Source: an uncultured Bacillota bacterium
GTDB lineage: Bacteria; Sysuimicrobiota; Sysuimicrobiia; Sysuimicrobiales; Segetimicrobiaceae
Direction: 5' to 3'
NCBI GenBank assembly: GCA_963804645.1
Contig: CAWDRG010000010.1
Coordinates: 142,815-206,814 of the forward strand
DNA: 64,000 bases
The notes beneath the pieces were generated by a model. It saw nothing but the letters and a program-made list of their open reading frames with translations, was not told the origin of the DNA and did not search any database. Of this stretch, positions 30,779 to 40,559 are shown in pieces. The translations under genes were made by a program, and so were the position numbers. Each line of letters opens with the position of its first letter. Position 1 is the first letter of the stretch.

Positions 30779-32077
30779 CTAGGGTGCCGCCAGAATCGCG
30801 TTGACCCGATTCCGCAACTCCTGCGTCACCTGCGCGACGGGCACGTCTCGCACCAGCGCGGCCTGCGCGGCCACCACGATCGGGCTGGGCGCCGCGGATG
30901 AGTACAGCTGCGCCGACTGCGTGACGTCGGGCAGCATGATCTCATACGCCTGCTCCTCCAGGAACCCCCTGCGCCCCGGAAGCGCCCGGAATGCGGCCGA
31001 GGTCCGGGCCGACAGCAGCGCCGGCAGGTTGCCGGAATTGCCCCATTCCTGGTCATGCTGCACGATCCACGTCGCCAGGGTGAGCGCGGCCTGCTCGCGC
31101 GCCTTGTCGTTCTGCTTGGGGATCGTCAGCAGGTGGCCGCTTCCCCACGCGGCCGGTGCCGCGAAGACCCGCGGAAACGTCGTGGTGTCCCAGTGGAGTC
31201 CCTTGACCGTGTTCAGACCGGGAATCTCCCACGGGCCGTCGATCAGCATCGCGACATGCTTCGTCACGAAGTCCTGGTACGGGTTCGTCTCGCCGACGGG
31301 GACGACGTGGTACTTGAACACGAGGTCCTGCAGCCACTGCCACGCCGCGTTCGACTTCGCGTCGCTGAACGCCGTACGGGTGAAGTCCGGCGCGATGAAC
31401 GGGTCGCCCTGCTGGGCGAGCAACGCGTACCACATATAGAACCCGTGGTGGTTGTTCATCATCCCGACGCCGTACTGCGTGATCGTCTTCGGGTCGAATC
31501 CGGGATCGTCGGGATGGCGGCCGGCGGCGTCAACCGTCAGCTTCTTCGCCGCGGCAACGAAGTCGTCCCCGGTCGTCGGCAGCTTGGCGGGATTCAGCCC
31601 CGCCTGCTTCCACATGTCCGTATTCACGTACACGGCGTGCATGTGCATGTCCAGCGGGATCGCATACTGCGTCCCCTTGTAAAACGTGCCCTTCCAGGCG
31701 ACGTCCATGAAATCCGACGCCTTGAACCCGGCACCCGTCACCATGGAGCCCATTGGCTCCAGAATGCCGAGCGTCGAGAACTGGGAGATGTCCTGGGAGT
31801 GCATCCCCATCAGATCGGGGGGCTGCCCGGCCCGCACCGAGGTCAGCAGCTTGTCGAACAGCGGCGTCCACTGCAGCGTCGTGAGCGTCACCCGAATATC
31901 GGGGTGTTCTTTATTGAACTGATCAACCATCTGGTGCATCACGTCGCCGTCGGGTCCGGTCCACCCACCCCAGAACGCGAGGTCCATGGGCGCGGCGGCC
32001 CGCGCTGGGGGCAAAGACGGCGCCACCACGAACGAGACGAGCACCAGGCACAACGCGAGACTCCATAGGCGTCGCAT
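30779..32077 (-). CDS. carbohydrate ABC transporter substrate-binding protein
   Basis: Signal peptide; WGGWTGPDG, FNKEHPDI.V, YAIPLD, IDGPW. Confidence 0.9.
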   Translation of the reverse strand: MRRLWSLALCLVLVSFVVAPSLPPARAAAPMDLAFWGGWTGPDGDVMHQMVDQFNKEHPDIRVTLTTLQWTPLFDKLLTSVRAGQPPDLMGMHSQDISQFSTLGILEPMGSMVTGAGFKASDFMDVAWKGTFYKGTQYAIPLDMHMHAVYVNTDMWKQAGLNPAKLPTTGDDFVAAAKKLTVDAAGRHPDDPGFDPKTITQYGVGMMNNHHGFYMWYALLAQQGDPFIAPDFTRTAFSDAKSNAAWQWLQDLVFKYHVVPVGETNPYQDFVTKHVAMLIDGPWEIPGLNTVKGLHWDTTTFPRVFAAPAAWGSGHLLTIPKQNDKAREQAALTLATWIVQHDQEWGNSGNLPALLSARTSAAFRALPGRRGFLEEQAYEIMLPDVTQSAQLYSSAAPSPIVVAAQAALVRDVPVAQVTQELRNRVNAILAAP

Positions 32078-32302
32078 CGGCTACCCTCCGTGTGAATGCA
32101 TCCGTCCGGCGCCCGCGCACCCAAGCCAAACGCCGCGACCGGAGGCGGTCTCTCATGCCGCCTCAATATAAAGGCTAGCGCCTCCCGAACCGGGCGCACT
32201 ATCAGGCGCAGGCCCGATATTGGCACACCCCTGGGTCGGCCCGGAAGGAGGCGTACCCCGCCCGCCAAAGGACTCCCGCCGGGCCCGACAGAAGGTGGCG
32301 GC

Positions 32303-34264
32303 GTGCCGGTCGTGCGATGGGAAGACCTCATTCCGCGATGGAGCGGCGCGGAACCGTTCGGCGAGGTCATCGGTCACCACCCAAGCGTCGTCTGCGGGCC
32401 GCTCGCCGTCGGGCTGTGGGCGGCGCCGGCGCTCGCGTCCGCGGACGTGGGCTCCGGAACGGACGGACGCGACCTCCTCGTCGCCTGTTGGGACGCGTGC
32501 TTCGAGGGAGGTGTCTACCGCTTCCGAGGCCTCACCGCGGAGCTGAACGTCGAGGGGCCGGCCGAGCGCATTCCCGGCCTCTTTGGAAACGTCGATTCCG
32601 TGCCGCTGAGCGCCTCGTCTGCGCTGCTCAGCGTGACGCGGGACCGCCCCGAGGTCCTGCTGCGACAGGGAGGCTCTGCCGGGGAGCCGGCGGCCCTCGA
32701 GCTCGAGATCCTATGGGTGCGCGGTCCCGAGACGCTGCACGTCGTCAGAGCCTGCGACCTCGACGGCGACGGCATGTGGGACCTCCTGATCGGGACGGAC
32801 GATTGGACGGACTACTGGCCGGACCGGCGCGAGTGGAACGATCCAGACTATCGCCCGTACGACGCGGGCGGCGGGTGGCGCGGGGGACCGCTCCGGGGCC
32901 ACGTCTACGCGGCGCTCAACAGCGGCACCAACGAGCGGCCCCGCTTCGAGCGGGCGCGGCCGCTCGTGTGCGGGAGCCAGGCCTTGGAGGTGTACGGGGC
33001 TGCGGCGCCCGCGTGGGCGGATTTTCTGGTGTGCGGACGGCCGGACCTGGTGTGTGGAGATTTCCTCGACCAGCTCTGGTTTTTCCGGCACGTCGGCGGT
33101 CTCGCGTTCGATCCGCCGGTACCGGTCCTCGGCCCGGACGGTCGTGCCCTCAAGCTCCCGCAGAACATCCACGTGCCGATCGCCGTGCCGAGCGTCGACG
33201 GACGCGACGGACATTCGCGTCCGCCGGCGCTCCTGGTCGGCGCGGAGGACGGACTGGTGCAGCGACTTGCTCCATTGTCTCCAGCGGCGCGGACGCCAGC
33301 GTACGCCATGCCCGGGCCCGTGCTTCAACCCTGGCCCCCGCTCCACCCCGGAATCGTCCCGGTCCCGACGGTATGCGACTGGACAAACGGCGGCGGCCGG
33401 GACCTCATTATCGGCACCGGCGGAGGATGGCTGCGTTGGTATCCTGACCTGGGCGGCGATCCCGTGCGTCGCCACGGAGAACCGCTCACACTCCGGACGG
33501 CATCGCGTCCGATTCGGATACAGGCGGGGCACAACGGGTCTATTCAGGGACCCTCCGAAGCGAAATGGGGCTACCTGTGTCCCACCGCCGCAGACTGGGA
33601 CGACGACGGTCGCGTGGAGATCTTGGCGAGCGACGTGATGGGCCGCCATCTTCTGTTTGCTCGCACGGGTGACCCCAGCGTCCTGGAGGAACCGGTGACG
33701 CTCCGCTACGGCAGCACGCCACTGCGTACCGCTTGGCGGGTACGCCCGGCGGTCACGGAATGGGGCGGCGCTCGCGGCGATCGACGATACGTGTGCGTGG
33801 ACAGCGACGGTCTGCTGGTCGATCTGGCTCAGGCCGGCCTGGACCTCCTCTCAGACAAACGCGTGCTCCGGTACGCGGACGGCGTCCCCATCGCGTTCAC
33901 GGAGGACGGCGGCGGAGGCCTCGGTCGCGTCAAGCTCGCGGTCTGCGATTGGACCGGTTCGGGACTCGGCGACCTGCTGGTGGGAACGCACGCGCGGGCA
34001 TCGGTGCCTCCTGGTCTCTCGGGCGCACCCCGACACACGCACGGACAGGCAACGGTGCTGCTGCTCGAGAATCTCGGGACGCCCGGGCACCCGACGTTCG
34101 GACGGCCCCGCCAACTCTGCTATCGTGGAGCGCCGGTCCGGTACGGCATGCACGCATGCTCACCCGCGCCCGCGGACTGGTTCGGACGGGGCGTCCTCGA
34201 TCTGGTCGTCGGTGCCGAAAGCGGAACGCTCGTACTGTTGAGGCGGGAGTGGCTCACCTGGTAG
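32303..34264 (+). CDS. FG-GAP/VCBS-repeat beta-propeller-like protein
   Basis: Repeated D.DGDG..DLLIG / DW...G..DL.VG motifs; no signal peptide seen; start uncertain. Confidence 0.7.
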   Translation: MPVVRWEDLIPRWSGAEPFGEVIGHHPSVVCGPLAVGLWAAPALASADVGSGTDGRDLLVACWDACFEGGVYRFRGLTAELNVEGPAERIPGLFGNVDSVPLSASSALLSVTRDRPEVLLRQGGSAGEPAALELEILWVRGPETLHVVRACDLDGDGMWDLLIGTDDWTDYWPDRREWNDPDYRPYDAGGGWRGGPLRGHVYAALNSGTNERPRFERARPLVCGSQALEVYGAAAPAWADFLVCGRPDLVCGDFLDQLWFFRHVGGLAFDPPVPVLGPDGRALKLPQNIHVPIAVPSVDGRDGHSRPPALLVGAEDGLVQRLAPLSPAARTPAYAMPGPVLQPWPPLHPGIVPVPTVCDWTNGGGRDLIIGTGGGWLRWYPDLGGDPVRRHGEPLTLRTASRPIRIQAGHNGSIQGPSEAKWGYLCPTAADWDDDGRVEILASDVMGRHLLFARTGDPSVLEEPVTLRYGSTPLRTAWRVRPAVTEWGGARGDRRYVCVDSDGLLVDLAQAGLDLLSDKRVLRYADGVPIAFTEDGGGGLGRVKLAVCDWTGSGLGDLLVGTHARASVPPGLSGAPRHTHGQATVLLLENLGTPGHPTFGRPRQLCYRGAPVRYGMHACSPAPADWFGRGVLDLVVGAESGTLVLLRREWLTW

Positions 34265-35021
34265 GCTGCGCGCCGCGCGAGAAATCGCGAAACCGCGAGC
34301 GCCCGCGGATCGCTGCGGCCCGGTCCTCGCGGCCGGGCGTGAGGCCACGGGAGATGCCGGCGCTGCCGGGCACTCGTCGAAACGGGTCATACCGACTGGC
34401 AGACTGAACGGACGCACCTACCCAACGCGCGCTCAGGACATGGTGCCGGGCCCAACCAACCTGGATCGGACCGTGGGCAACGCTGATCATGGCGGCGGAT
34501 ACCCAAAGACGTTGAGGCGCCGGTGCCCAGTCCCCGATCATCGGAACTTGGGGAGACTGGGCGAATCGGACACTCAAAGAAGTCCGCGGCAGCTTGGCGA
34601 ACACCCTGTCGACGCACGAACGCCGCGGCCTAGACGTAGGGGATGGCACATGCGCGCGCGAACAGGGCTCCAGTAAGTTCGCCCCAGCCGCCCCCTGGAA
34701 GGCGCCGTGCACGACGCTCCCAACGTGTCCGCTCACCCACGCGAGTTATCTCGCCCCAGGCAAAGTGGTCCTGCTGCTGCTCGTCGCGCATGCCGTGGCG
34801 GTCGTTCTGCCCGACACGCTGCGCCGCACACGCGGCCGCAACTTGGGAATCCACGCTTAACCCTAGGCAAAAATATTTGAAATTTTGAGAGCGTCGCAAG
34901 TTGCGTGGGTCCCGAGAGTCGACTGGGCTCACAGATCGGTATCGTGCGGTTGCCAGGCCCTGAACGCCGGCCGGCCTTCAAGCACAACACGTCTCCCGCT
35001 CCCCACCGGCGGAGGGGCCGA

Positions 35022-35411
35022 TCATGCGTAGCTCTGCTCTGCGATGAGCCGGGTAGGGTAGCCGAGAATGGTGCGGACGGTCCTGGCGTCTTTGGCAACG
35101 TAGACGAAAGCGTCGCCGTCGATCTGGTACTGGCCGGTCCACCCGATGGTGAAACTGGTGGCCGTATCTTCCACCTGCACTGGCAGAGGATCGCCCTCGC
35201 GGGCCACCGGCGTGGCGAGTTGATCGGCAGGATCCAAGACCCAGGCGTCGCCCGTCTCGGAGGAGAAGAGGACGAGTGGCCCGACGGTGATGATCCGACT
35301 GTCGTAGTCGGCGGCGCGGCGTTGAATGTACTGCACTTCGTCGGCGAGCCGCCACCTCGCTCCGTCCACCAACCTGGTCTCGTGGCCCTGCTTGCGCGAT
35401 CGCCGAGCCAT
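35022..35411 (-). CDS. hypothetical protein (129 aa)
   Basis: Globular-looking composition, divergent from 35464 gene, RBS-like GAGGTGG. Confidence 0.6.
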   Translation of the reverse strand: MARRSRKQGHETRLVDGARWRLADEVQYIQRRAADYDSRIITVGPLVLFSSETGDAWVLDPADQLATPVAREGDPLPVQVEDTATSFTIGWTGQYQIDGDAFVYVAKDARTVRTILGYPTRLIAEQSYA

Positions 35412-35463
35412 GCGCGTGTGTCCACCTCGGGTCCTATCTGCGGCGCGGGAGGGACCGATCCCG

Positions 35464-37083
35464 ATGGAACGATTCTACCAATTGTTTGGCAAGTTCCTCG
35501 TGTTTGTCTACCATTGTTTCGATCGCATCGTGATCAACGGCTACTTGACCGGCCTGATGCGCCCGGAGAATGCGGTGTATTTTTTCCGAGACGTCCTGGG
35601 ACGCCGCGCCATCACCAAAGAGGTGCTGCGGCAGCGGACCACCGATTACGCCCACTGGGTCGAGGCCTACGCGCGGAATCACCATGTGCCCATCGAGTGG
35701 GCTGCGAAGGGGGTCCGGAAAGAAGACTATGTGCGGCCGAGGCTGCGCCGGATGGAACGTGCGCACCGGTATGGGGTCTACTTCATCTTCAAGAGCATGG
35801 AACAAGGCCTGACGTTTCGTTCCATCATGCCCAAGTTTCCCACTGCGGATCCCGATTACCGCATCCTCCGCCCGCACCGGAGCCGCTTCACGCACTACTA
35901 CTTCTACCTCCGGGACCACATCCTTGGGCCGATGGTGGTGCGGGTCGCCTCGTTCGTGCCGTTTCATACGACCTACTACCTCAACGGGCACTCGTTCATC
36001 GAACAAGAGCTGACCCGAGTCGGGCTCGCCTTCCGCAAGGACGATAATGCGTTTCTGGCCGTCGCAGATCCGACCGCCCTCCAGGCGGCCGCCGATCGCC
36101 TGAGCCCAACCGTCATTCAGCATCGGCTTGACTACTGGACCCTCGTGCTTGGCCCGAAGTTTTCTCGACGCGAACGCCAAGCCATGATGCTGCGCCGGTT
36201 CTACTTTCTCCAACAGGTCGAATACTGCCGAAACTTCATCTTCAAGCGGTGCTTCCCGATCCACACGCTTTTTGAGCGGTCCTGCGAGCTCGGCCTCAGC
36301 CAGTTGACCGCGCACCAGCTCTCCGAGGTCTTCGGCCTACGCCTGACCAAGCGGCTCAAGGGGAAGTTGCACACCACGCTCGAGCAACTCGCACAAGGCC
36401 ATCATATCCTCCGGATCTATTGCAAGAGCGCCTTCCTCCGGCAGTACGAGAAGTTCGCCATGTTCCTGCGCAACGAGCTCTGCTCCAATAACCTCGCCGA
36501 CTTCCAGCTGAAGAAAGGCCTCGCGCATCTGGGCGCCGTGCGGGAGACGTTTCTCGCCATCACCGACCGCTTCGCCGACGCGCAGGCGCAGTGGCTCAAC
36601 GTCCACGTGGAGTTTCCACTCCTCCAACGCGTGGCGCTCCCGATTCAGGTCGGTACCGCCAAGGTGCCGGGCATCAAGATTCACGACGCCCGCATGATCC
36701 GCCTCATGGAAGTGCTGCTGGACGGGCGCACCATCATCGGTGGTCAGCGGGCGACAGAACTGCACCAGGCTGTCGTGACTCGATTCCATCTCTCCGCCGA
36801 GCGGTACGGGCTCAACCAACTCCGGTACGACCTCCGCAAGCTCCGGGCGCATGGGCTCCTCCAACGGGACGGCCGCCGCTACGCATATCGCCTGACCGAC
36901 AAGGGGCTCCGCGTCGCTCTTCTCTTCCTGCTCTTCCATCAGCGACTCTGCGGACCTCTCGCTCACAGCCTCTTTCATCACCGGCCCGATCCCAAGACCC
37001 AGCTCAACAGTCCTCTCGAAGCGGCCTACCACAAAGCCGATGCGGCGATTCAGGACATCATTCAGCTGTTGCAGGCTGCTTGA
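35464..37083 (+). CDS. uncharacterised putative transposase/Rep-like protein with C-terminal winged helix
   Basis: FDRIVINGYL N-terminus, RQYEK...LRNE motif, C-terminal YDLRKLRAHGLL.R....Y.Y.LT..G wHTH; GGGAGGG RBS. Confidence 0.65.
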   Translation: MERFYQLFGKFLVFVYHCFDRIVINGYLTGLMRPENAVYFFRDVLGRRAITKEVLRQRTTDYAHWVEAYARNHHVPIEWAAKGVRKEDYVRPRLRRMERAHRYGVYFIFKSMEQGLTFRSIMPKFPTADPDYRILRPHRSRFTHYYFYLRDHILGPMVVRVASFVPFHTTYYLNGHSFIEQELTRVGLAFRKDDNAFLAVADPTALQAAADRLSPTVIQHRLDYWTLVLGPKFSRRERQAMMLRRFYFLQQVEYCRNFIFKRCFPIHTLFERSCELGLSQLTAHQLSEVFGLRLTKRLKGKLHTTLEQLAQGHHILRIYCKSAFLRQYEKFAMFLRNELCSNNLADFQLKKGLAHLGAVRETFLAITDRFADAQAQWLNVHVEFPLLQRVALPIQVGTAKVPGIKIHDARMIRLMEVLLDGRTIIGGQRATELHQAVVTRFHLSAERYGLNQLRYDLRKLRAHGLLQRDGRRYAYRLTDKGLRVALLFLLFHQRLCGPLAHSLFHHRPDPKTQLNSPLEAAYHKADAAIQDIIQLLQAA

Positions 37084-37216
37084 GCGGGACTCGGTGCGCC
37101 CTTCTTGAAATCTTGAAGTGCTTCTGTCGAGGAAAGAGCGGCTAAGAATCTATAGACCACGAGCATTTCAAAGCGTATATTTTGGGTGGATAGGAGAACA
37201 CGGGGCACCTGGACCT

Positions 37217-37304
37217 CCAGTCGATAAGAGCACCCTCCGATCGCGCGGAGGACGCAAAGCCACCGGGGCCCAATAACGGGACTAGCCGGGGCTGCCGAAG
37301 CTGG
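37217..37304 (+). ncRNA. GEMM-I riboswitch, A20 variant
   Basis: TAAGAGCACCC..GGACGCAAAGCC..GGGCCC..TAGCCGGGGCTGCCGAAG; P1 CCAG/CTGG. Confidence 0.85.
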
Positions 37305-37325
37305 ACGCAACCGTCCAGCTTCTTT
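37299..37325 (+). terminator. intrinsic terminator overlapping riboswitch P1
   Basis: AGCTGGACG-CAAC-CGTCCAGCT-TCTTT. Confidence 0.8.
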
Positions 37326-37532
37326 GATTTGGGGAGGCTAGTCGGAGGCGCGCGGTGCGTGGGCTACTAGCCCGGCAAGATCGCGTAAGCACTGTGAGGC
37401 AGGAATGGGGGCGAGAATAAATTAGGGACAACGAGTCGGCTCGCGTGACGAATGATCGACCAATTACCCAAACCCGAGGCTGGGGGGACTCGGGCGCGCT
37501 AGGGAGGTTGGGACGCACTGGAGGAGTGGGTC

Positions 37533-39311
37533 ATGCAAGCAAGATCAAAGCTCCAGATGGTAATCATCGTAATACTTGGGATTTCTCTTACACTGTGGGG
37601 CATTCCCCTCGCGGGCCAAACACAGGAACCCCCATCAATCACTCGGACTGAGGGAATTCTCGCGTCCGTAGATCTTGCAGGCATGACGGCGACGCTCAAC
37701 ATCCCCGCCGGGCAGCGCGTGTATGAACTGACGTCGGTCACCGATGTGCGCGTTGGCGAGGAGACAGAATCCATCAATGCACTGGCAACATTCGTCGGCG
37801 CGGCAGCGGTTGTGCTGTCGACCAATGTTAACGGTACCCAGGTTGCTGGGAGCTTGGACATCTTGGTCTTCCCCGTAGCCGGGACCGTGGAAGCTACCCT
37901 AGGAGCGGGGACGGAATACGGCGGCCCTCCTCCTGTTAGCGGTAGTCCGATTGTAAGTAACACGACGCGCGGCACTACCACTGGCGGCGGCGCTACTACT
38001 GGCGGCGGCACTACTACTGGCGGCGGCACTACTACCGGCGGCGGCACTACTACCGGCGGCAGCGGCAACAAAGGTGGTTGGGGCGGCTTTGGCGGTTGGG
38101 ACTATTTCCGCGGTTGGGACCATTTCCGCGGTTGGGACCACTTCGGCGGTTGGGGCCGCTTCGACGGTCGGGACCGCTTCGGCGGTTGGGATCGCTTCGA
38201 CGGTCGGGACCGCTTCGGCGGTTGGGATCGCTTCGACGGTCGGGACCGCTTCGGTGATAGGGACCCCTTCGGCGGTTGGGACGGTCGCGGCGGTTGGGGC
38301 GGCGTTGGGCCGTGTGCAATCTGCGATGATGCGCACGGGCTCATCCCTGACCCTAACCCTAAGGGCGGTAATCACAACGGCAAGGATGGCGGCAAGGGTT
38401 ACGATGGCGGCGGTAAGGGCGGCAGCCACGACCCCGGCTACGATGGCGGCGGTAAGGGCGGCAGCCACGACTCCGGCTACGATGGCGGCGGTAAGGGCGG
38501 CAGCCACGACCCCGGTTACGATGGCGGCGGTAAGGGCGGCAGCCACGACCCCGGCTACGATGGCGGCGGTAAGGGCGGCAGCCACGACCCCGGCTACGAT
38601 GGCGGCGGTAAGGGCGGCAGCCACGACTCCGGCTACGATGGCGGCGGTAAGGGCGGCAGCCACGACCCCGGTTACGATGGCGGCGGTAAGGGCGGCAGCC
38701 ACGACCCCGGCTACGATGGCGGCGGTAAGGGCGGCAGCCACGACCCCGGCTACGATGGCGGCGGTAAGGGCGGCAGCCACGACCCCGGCTACGATGGCGG
38801 CGGTAAGGGCGGCAGCCACGACTCCGGCTACGATGGCGGCGGTAAGGGCGGCAGCCACGACCCCGGCTACGATGGCGGCGGTAAGGGCGGCAGCCACGAC
38901 CCCGGCTACGATGGCGGCGGTAAGAGCGGCAGCCACGACCCCGGCTACGATGGCGGCGGTAAGGGCAACTACGGCGAGTCCATCGGCGAGCACGGATACG
39001 GCGGTGGCGATGACTACGGCAAGGGGTACGACGACAGCGGCCGTGACGGTGGCGGACATGATCGCGGCCACGAGAATGGCGGCCGTGACGGCGGCGGGCA
39101 TGATCGCGGTCACGAGAACGGCGGCCATGAGAACGGCGGTCACGAGAATGGCGGTCATGAGGGCGGCGGCCATGAGGGCGGCGGCCATGAGGGCGGCGGC
39201 CATGAGGGCAGCGGCCATGAGGGCGGCGGCCACGAAGGCGGCGGCCATGAGGGCGGCGGCCATGAGGGCGGCCACGATGGCGGCGATCACGACTGCGGTG
39301 ACAGAGGCTGA
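37533..39311 (+). CDS. secreted protein with long Gly/Asp/His-rich tandem-repeat tail
   Basis: GGAGGAG RBS, signal peptide, N-domain paralogous to 24263 gene, several repeat blocks. Confidence 0.85.
   Translation: MQARSKLQMVIIVILGISLTLWGIPLAGQTQEPPSITRTEGILASVDLAGMTATLNIPAGQRVYELTSVTDVRVGEETESINALATFVGAAAVVLSTNVNGTQVAGSLDILVFPVAGTVEATLGAGTEYGGPPPVSGSPIVSNTTRGTTTGGGATTGGGTTTGGGTTTGGGTTTGGSGNKGGWGGFGGWDYFRGWDHFRGWDHFGGWGRFDGRDRFGGWDRFDGRDRFGGWDRFDGRDRFGDRDPFGGWDGRGGWGGVGPCAICDDAHGLIPDPNPKGGNHNGKDGGKGYDGGGKGGSHDPGYDGGGKGGSHDSGYDGGGKGGSHDPGYDGGGKGGSHDPGYDGGGKGGSHDPGYDGGGKGGSHDSGYDGGGKGGSHDPGYDGGGKGGSHDPGYDGGGKGGSHDPGYDGGGKGGSHDPGYDGGGKGGSHDSGYDGGGKGGSHDPGYDGGGKGGSHDPGYDGGGKSGSHDPGYDGGGKGNYGESIGEHGYGGGDDYGKGYDDSGRDGGGHDRGHENGGRDGGGHDRGHENGGHENGGHENGGHEGGGHEGGGHEGGGHEGSGHEGGGHEGGGHEGGGHEGGHDGGDHDCGDRG
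38094..38290 (+). repeat. 18-bp coding tandem repeat (GWDHFR/GRDRFG-type hexapeptides)
   Basis: Visible periodic cggttgggaccatttccg / cggtcgggaccgcttcgg units. Confidence 0.85.
38399..38965 (+). repeat. 39-bp coding tandem repeat ([13 protein letters not shown]), about 14 copies
   Basis: Near-identical units tacgatggcggcggtaagggcggcagccacgaccccggc. Confidence 0.95.
39105..39275 (+). repeat. 15-bp coding tandem repeat ([10 protein letters not shown])
   Basis: ggcggcggccatgag units. Confidence 0.9.
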
Positions 39312-39581
39312 TGTAACGGAATCATCCTTGCGAACATGACAGTTGAGGAGGTGGTTAAGGAAGAGCCTGATGGAGCGGGATCTTCGGACTACCGAGGCGA
39401 TGGGTGGATCGATCCCCGTCGCCTCAGTGTATGTTGTTCGGGATGGCTGAGGCCGATTCTCTGAGGTCTTCTGCGCATCTCGTTCCGAGTAGACCGAGCG
39501 CGCCCATACCCCCGCGCATTTGTGCGGCATTTGCGATGATCACGCGCTTTCCCTGAGCCAAAAGCTTGTCGGCCACACCTC

Positions 39582-39902
39582 GTGTCCGCGATCGATGCAA
39601 TCGGCACCCCGGCCTTTGCCCTAATCGGGATGCAGCTGGCTCAGGATCAAGGCATCCCGGTCCCGGGCGTGCTGCTGATGGGAATCATCAACGGGACCGG
39701 AGGCGGCTTACTGCGAGATGTCGTCGGCGGCGACGTACCCGCCGACCTACGGCCCGGGCAGTTTTCTTCCCTGTCCTTGCTGGCGGTATGCGTGCTGTTT
39801 CAGGCACTGACGCGTGAATTTCGCGTATTCGCTACCCAAGCGGCACTCATTACCGTTGCAGCGTACTTCGTCATTCGGGTCTTGACCGTGCGGGTCAACT
39901 GA
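39582..39902 (+). pseudogene. C-terminal fragment of TRIC/UPF0126 membrane protein
   Basis: DAIG..AFALIG, GIINGTGGGLLRDV motif; N-terminal repeat absent. Confidence 0.7.
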
Positions 39903-40059
39903 CAACCACGTGCGGTGCTGAAAGAACCGCCGTAAGAACACGTCGCCGCGGACACCATGCCGGCAGCTTGAGGGAGTTCGCTCTTCCGATGGAAGGAGTT
40001 ACAGGAATCAAACCGGAAATCCCGGGCACAAAAAACTGTGAAGTGTCGGGAGGGTGCTC

Positions 40060-40455
40060 ATGCCGGACACGCCAGACGCCGGGATGATCCATCTCCGTAG
40101 TCGTTACTCCGTGCAAGAAACACTGGCACGGCTCGAGTCGATCCTGCAGTCTCACGGTCTCACTATTTTCTGCCGCGTCGACCACAGCGGGGCGGCTGAA
40201 AAGGTCGGGCTGAAAATGCCCCCGACACAGGTGCTCATCTTCGGCAGCCCCAAAGCGGGCACGCCTCTGATGATTGCGTCCCCCACCCTTGCCATCGATC
40301 TCCCGTTGAAGGCGCTGGTCTGGGAGGATGCGGGTGGCACGGTTCGGATCACCTACAACAGCCCCGAATACCTGCAGCAGCGGCACAACATTCCCAGCGA
40401 CCTTGTCAAGAACATCGCCGGGGCCGGCGCCCTCCTCCAACAAACTGCCGACTAG
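40060..40455 (+). CDS. DUF302 domain protein
   Basis: VDHS..A.KVGL.M..TQVLIFGSPKAGTPLM..AIDLPLK.LVWED. Confidence 0.9.
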   Translation: MPDTPDAGMIHLRSRYSVQETLARLESILQSHGLTIFCRVDHSGAAEKVGLKMPPTQVLIFGSPKAGTPLMIASPTLAIDLPLKALVWEDAGGTVRITYNSPEYLQQRHNIPSDLVKNIAGAGALLQQTAD

Positions 40456-40559
40456 CCTCCGCTATGTCCGTCACCTCCCGTGCCGACACTTTCGGCCCGC
40501 TCCCATGGTTACCGCGCTGCGGCGTTTCAGTTGCTCCCCCTGGGTGCGTGAGTTCCTTA

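Noticed and set aside
736..34264. Many long antisense and overlapping ORFs in the track
   Set aside because: Expected shadow ORFs in high-GC DNA opposite well-supported genes
34264..34860. Possible gene remnant or ncRNA in the intergenic gap
   Set aside because: No recognisable motif or consistent reading frame by eye
38399..38965. Possible CRISPR array
   Set aside because: The 39-bp units are contiguous with no unique spacers, are in frame within a protein, and no cas genes are present
37899..39530. Long alternative-frame ORFs (543 aa minus, 421 aa plus)
   Set aside because: Shadow frames of the stop-free tandem repeats; Ala/Val/Thr repeats without RBS or domain
39519..39565. Similarity of CGICDDH here to CAICDDAH at ~38313
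   Set aside because: Too short, with no supporting ORF or start; may be chance
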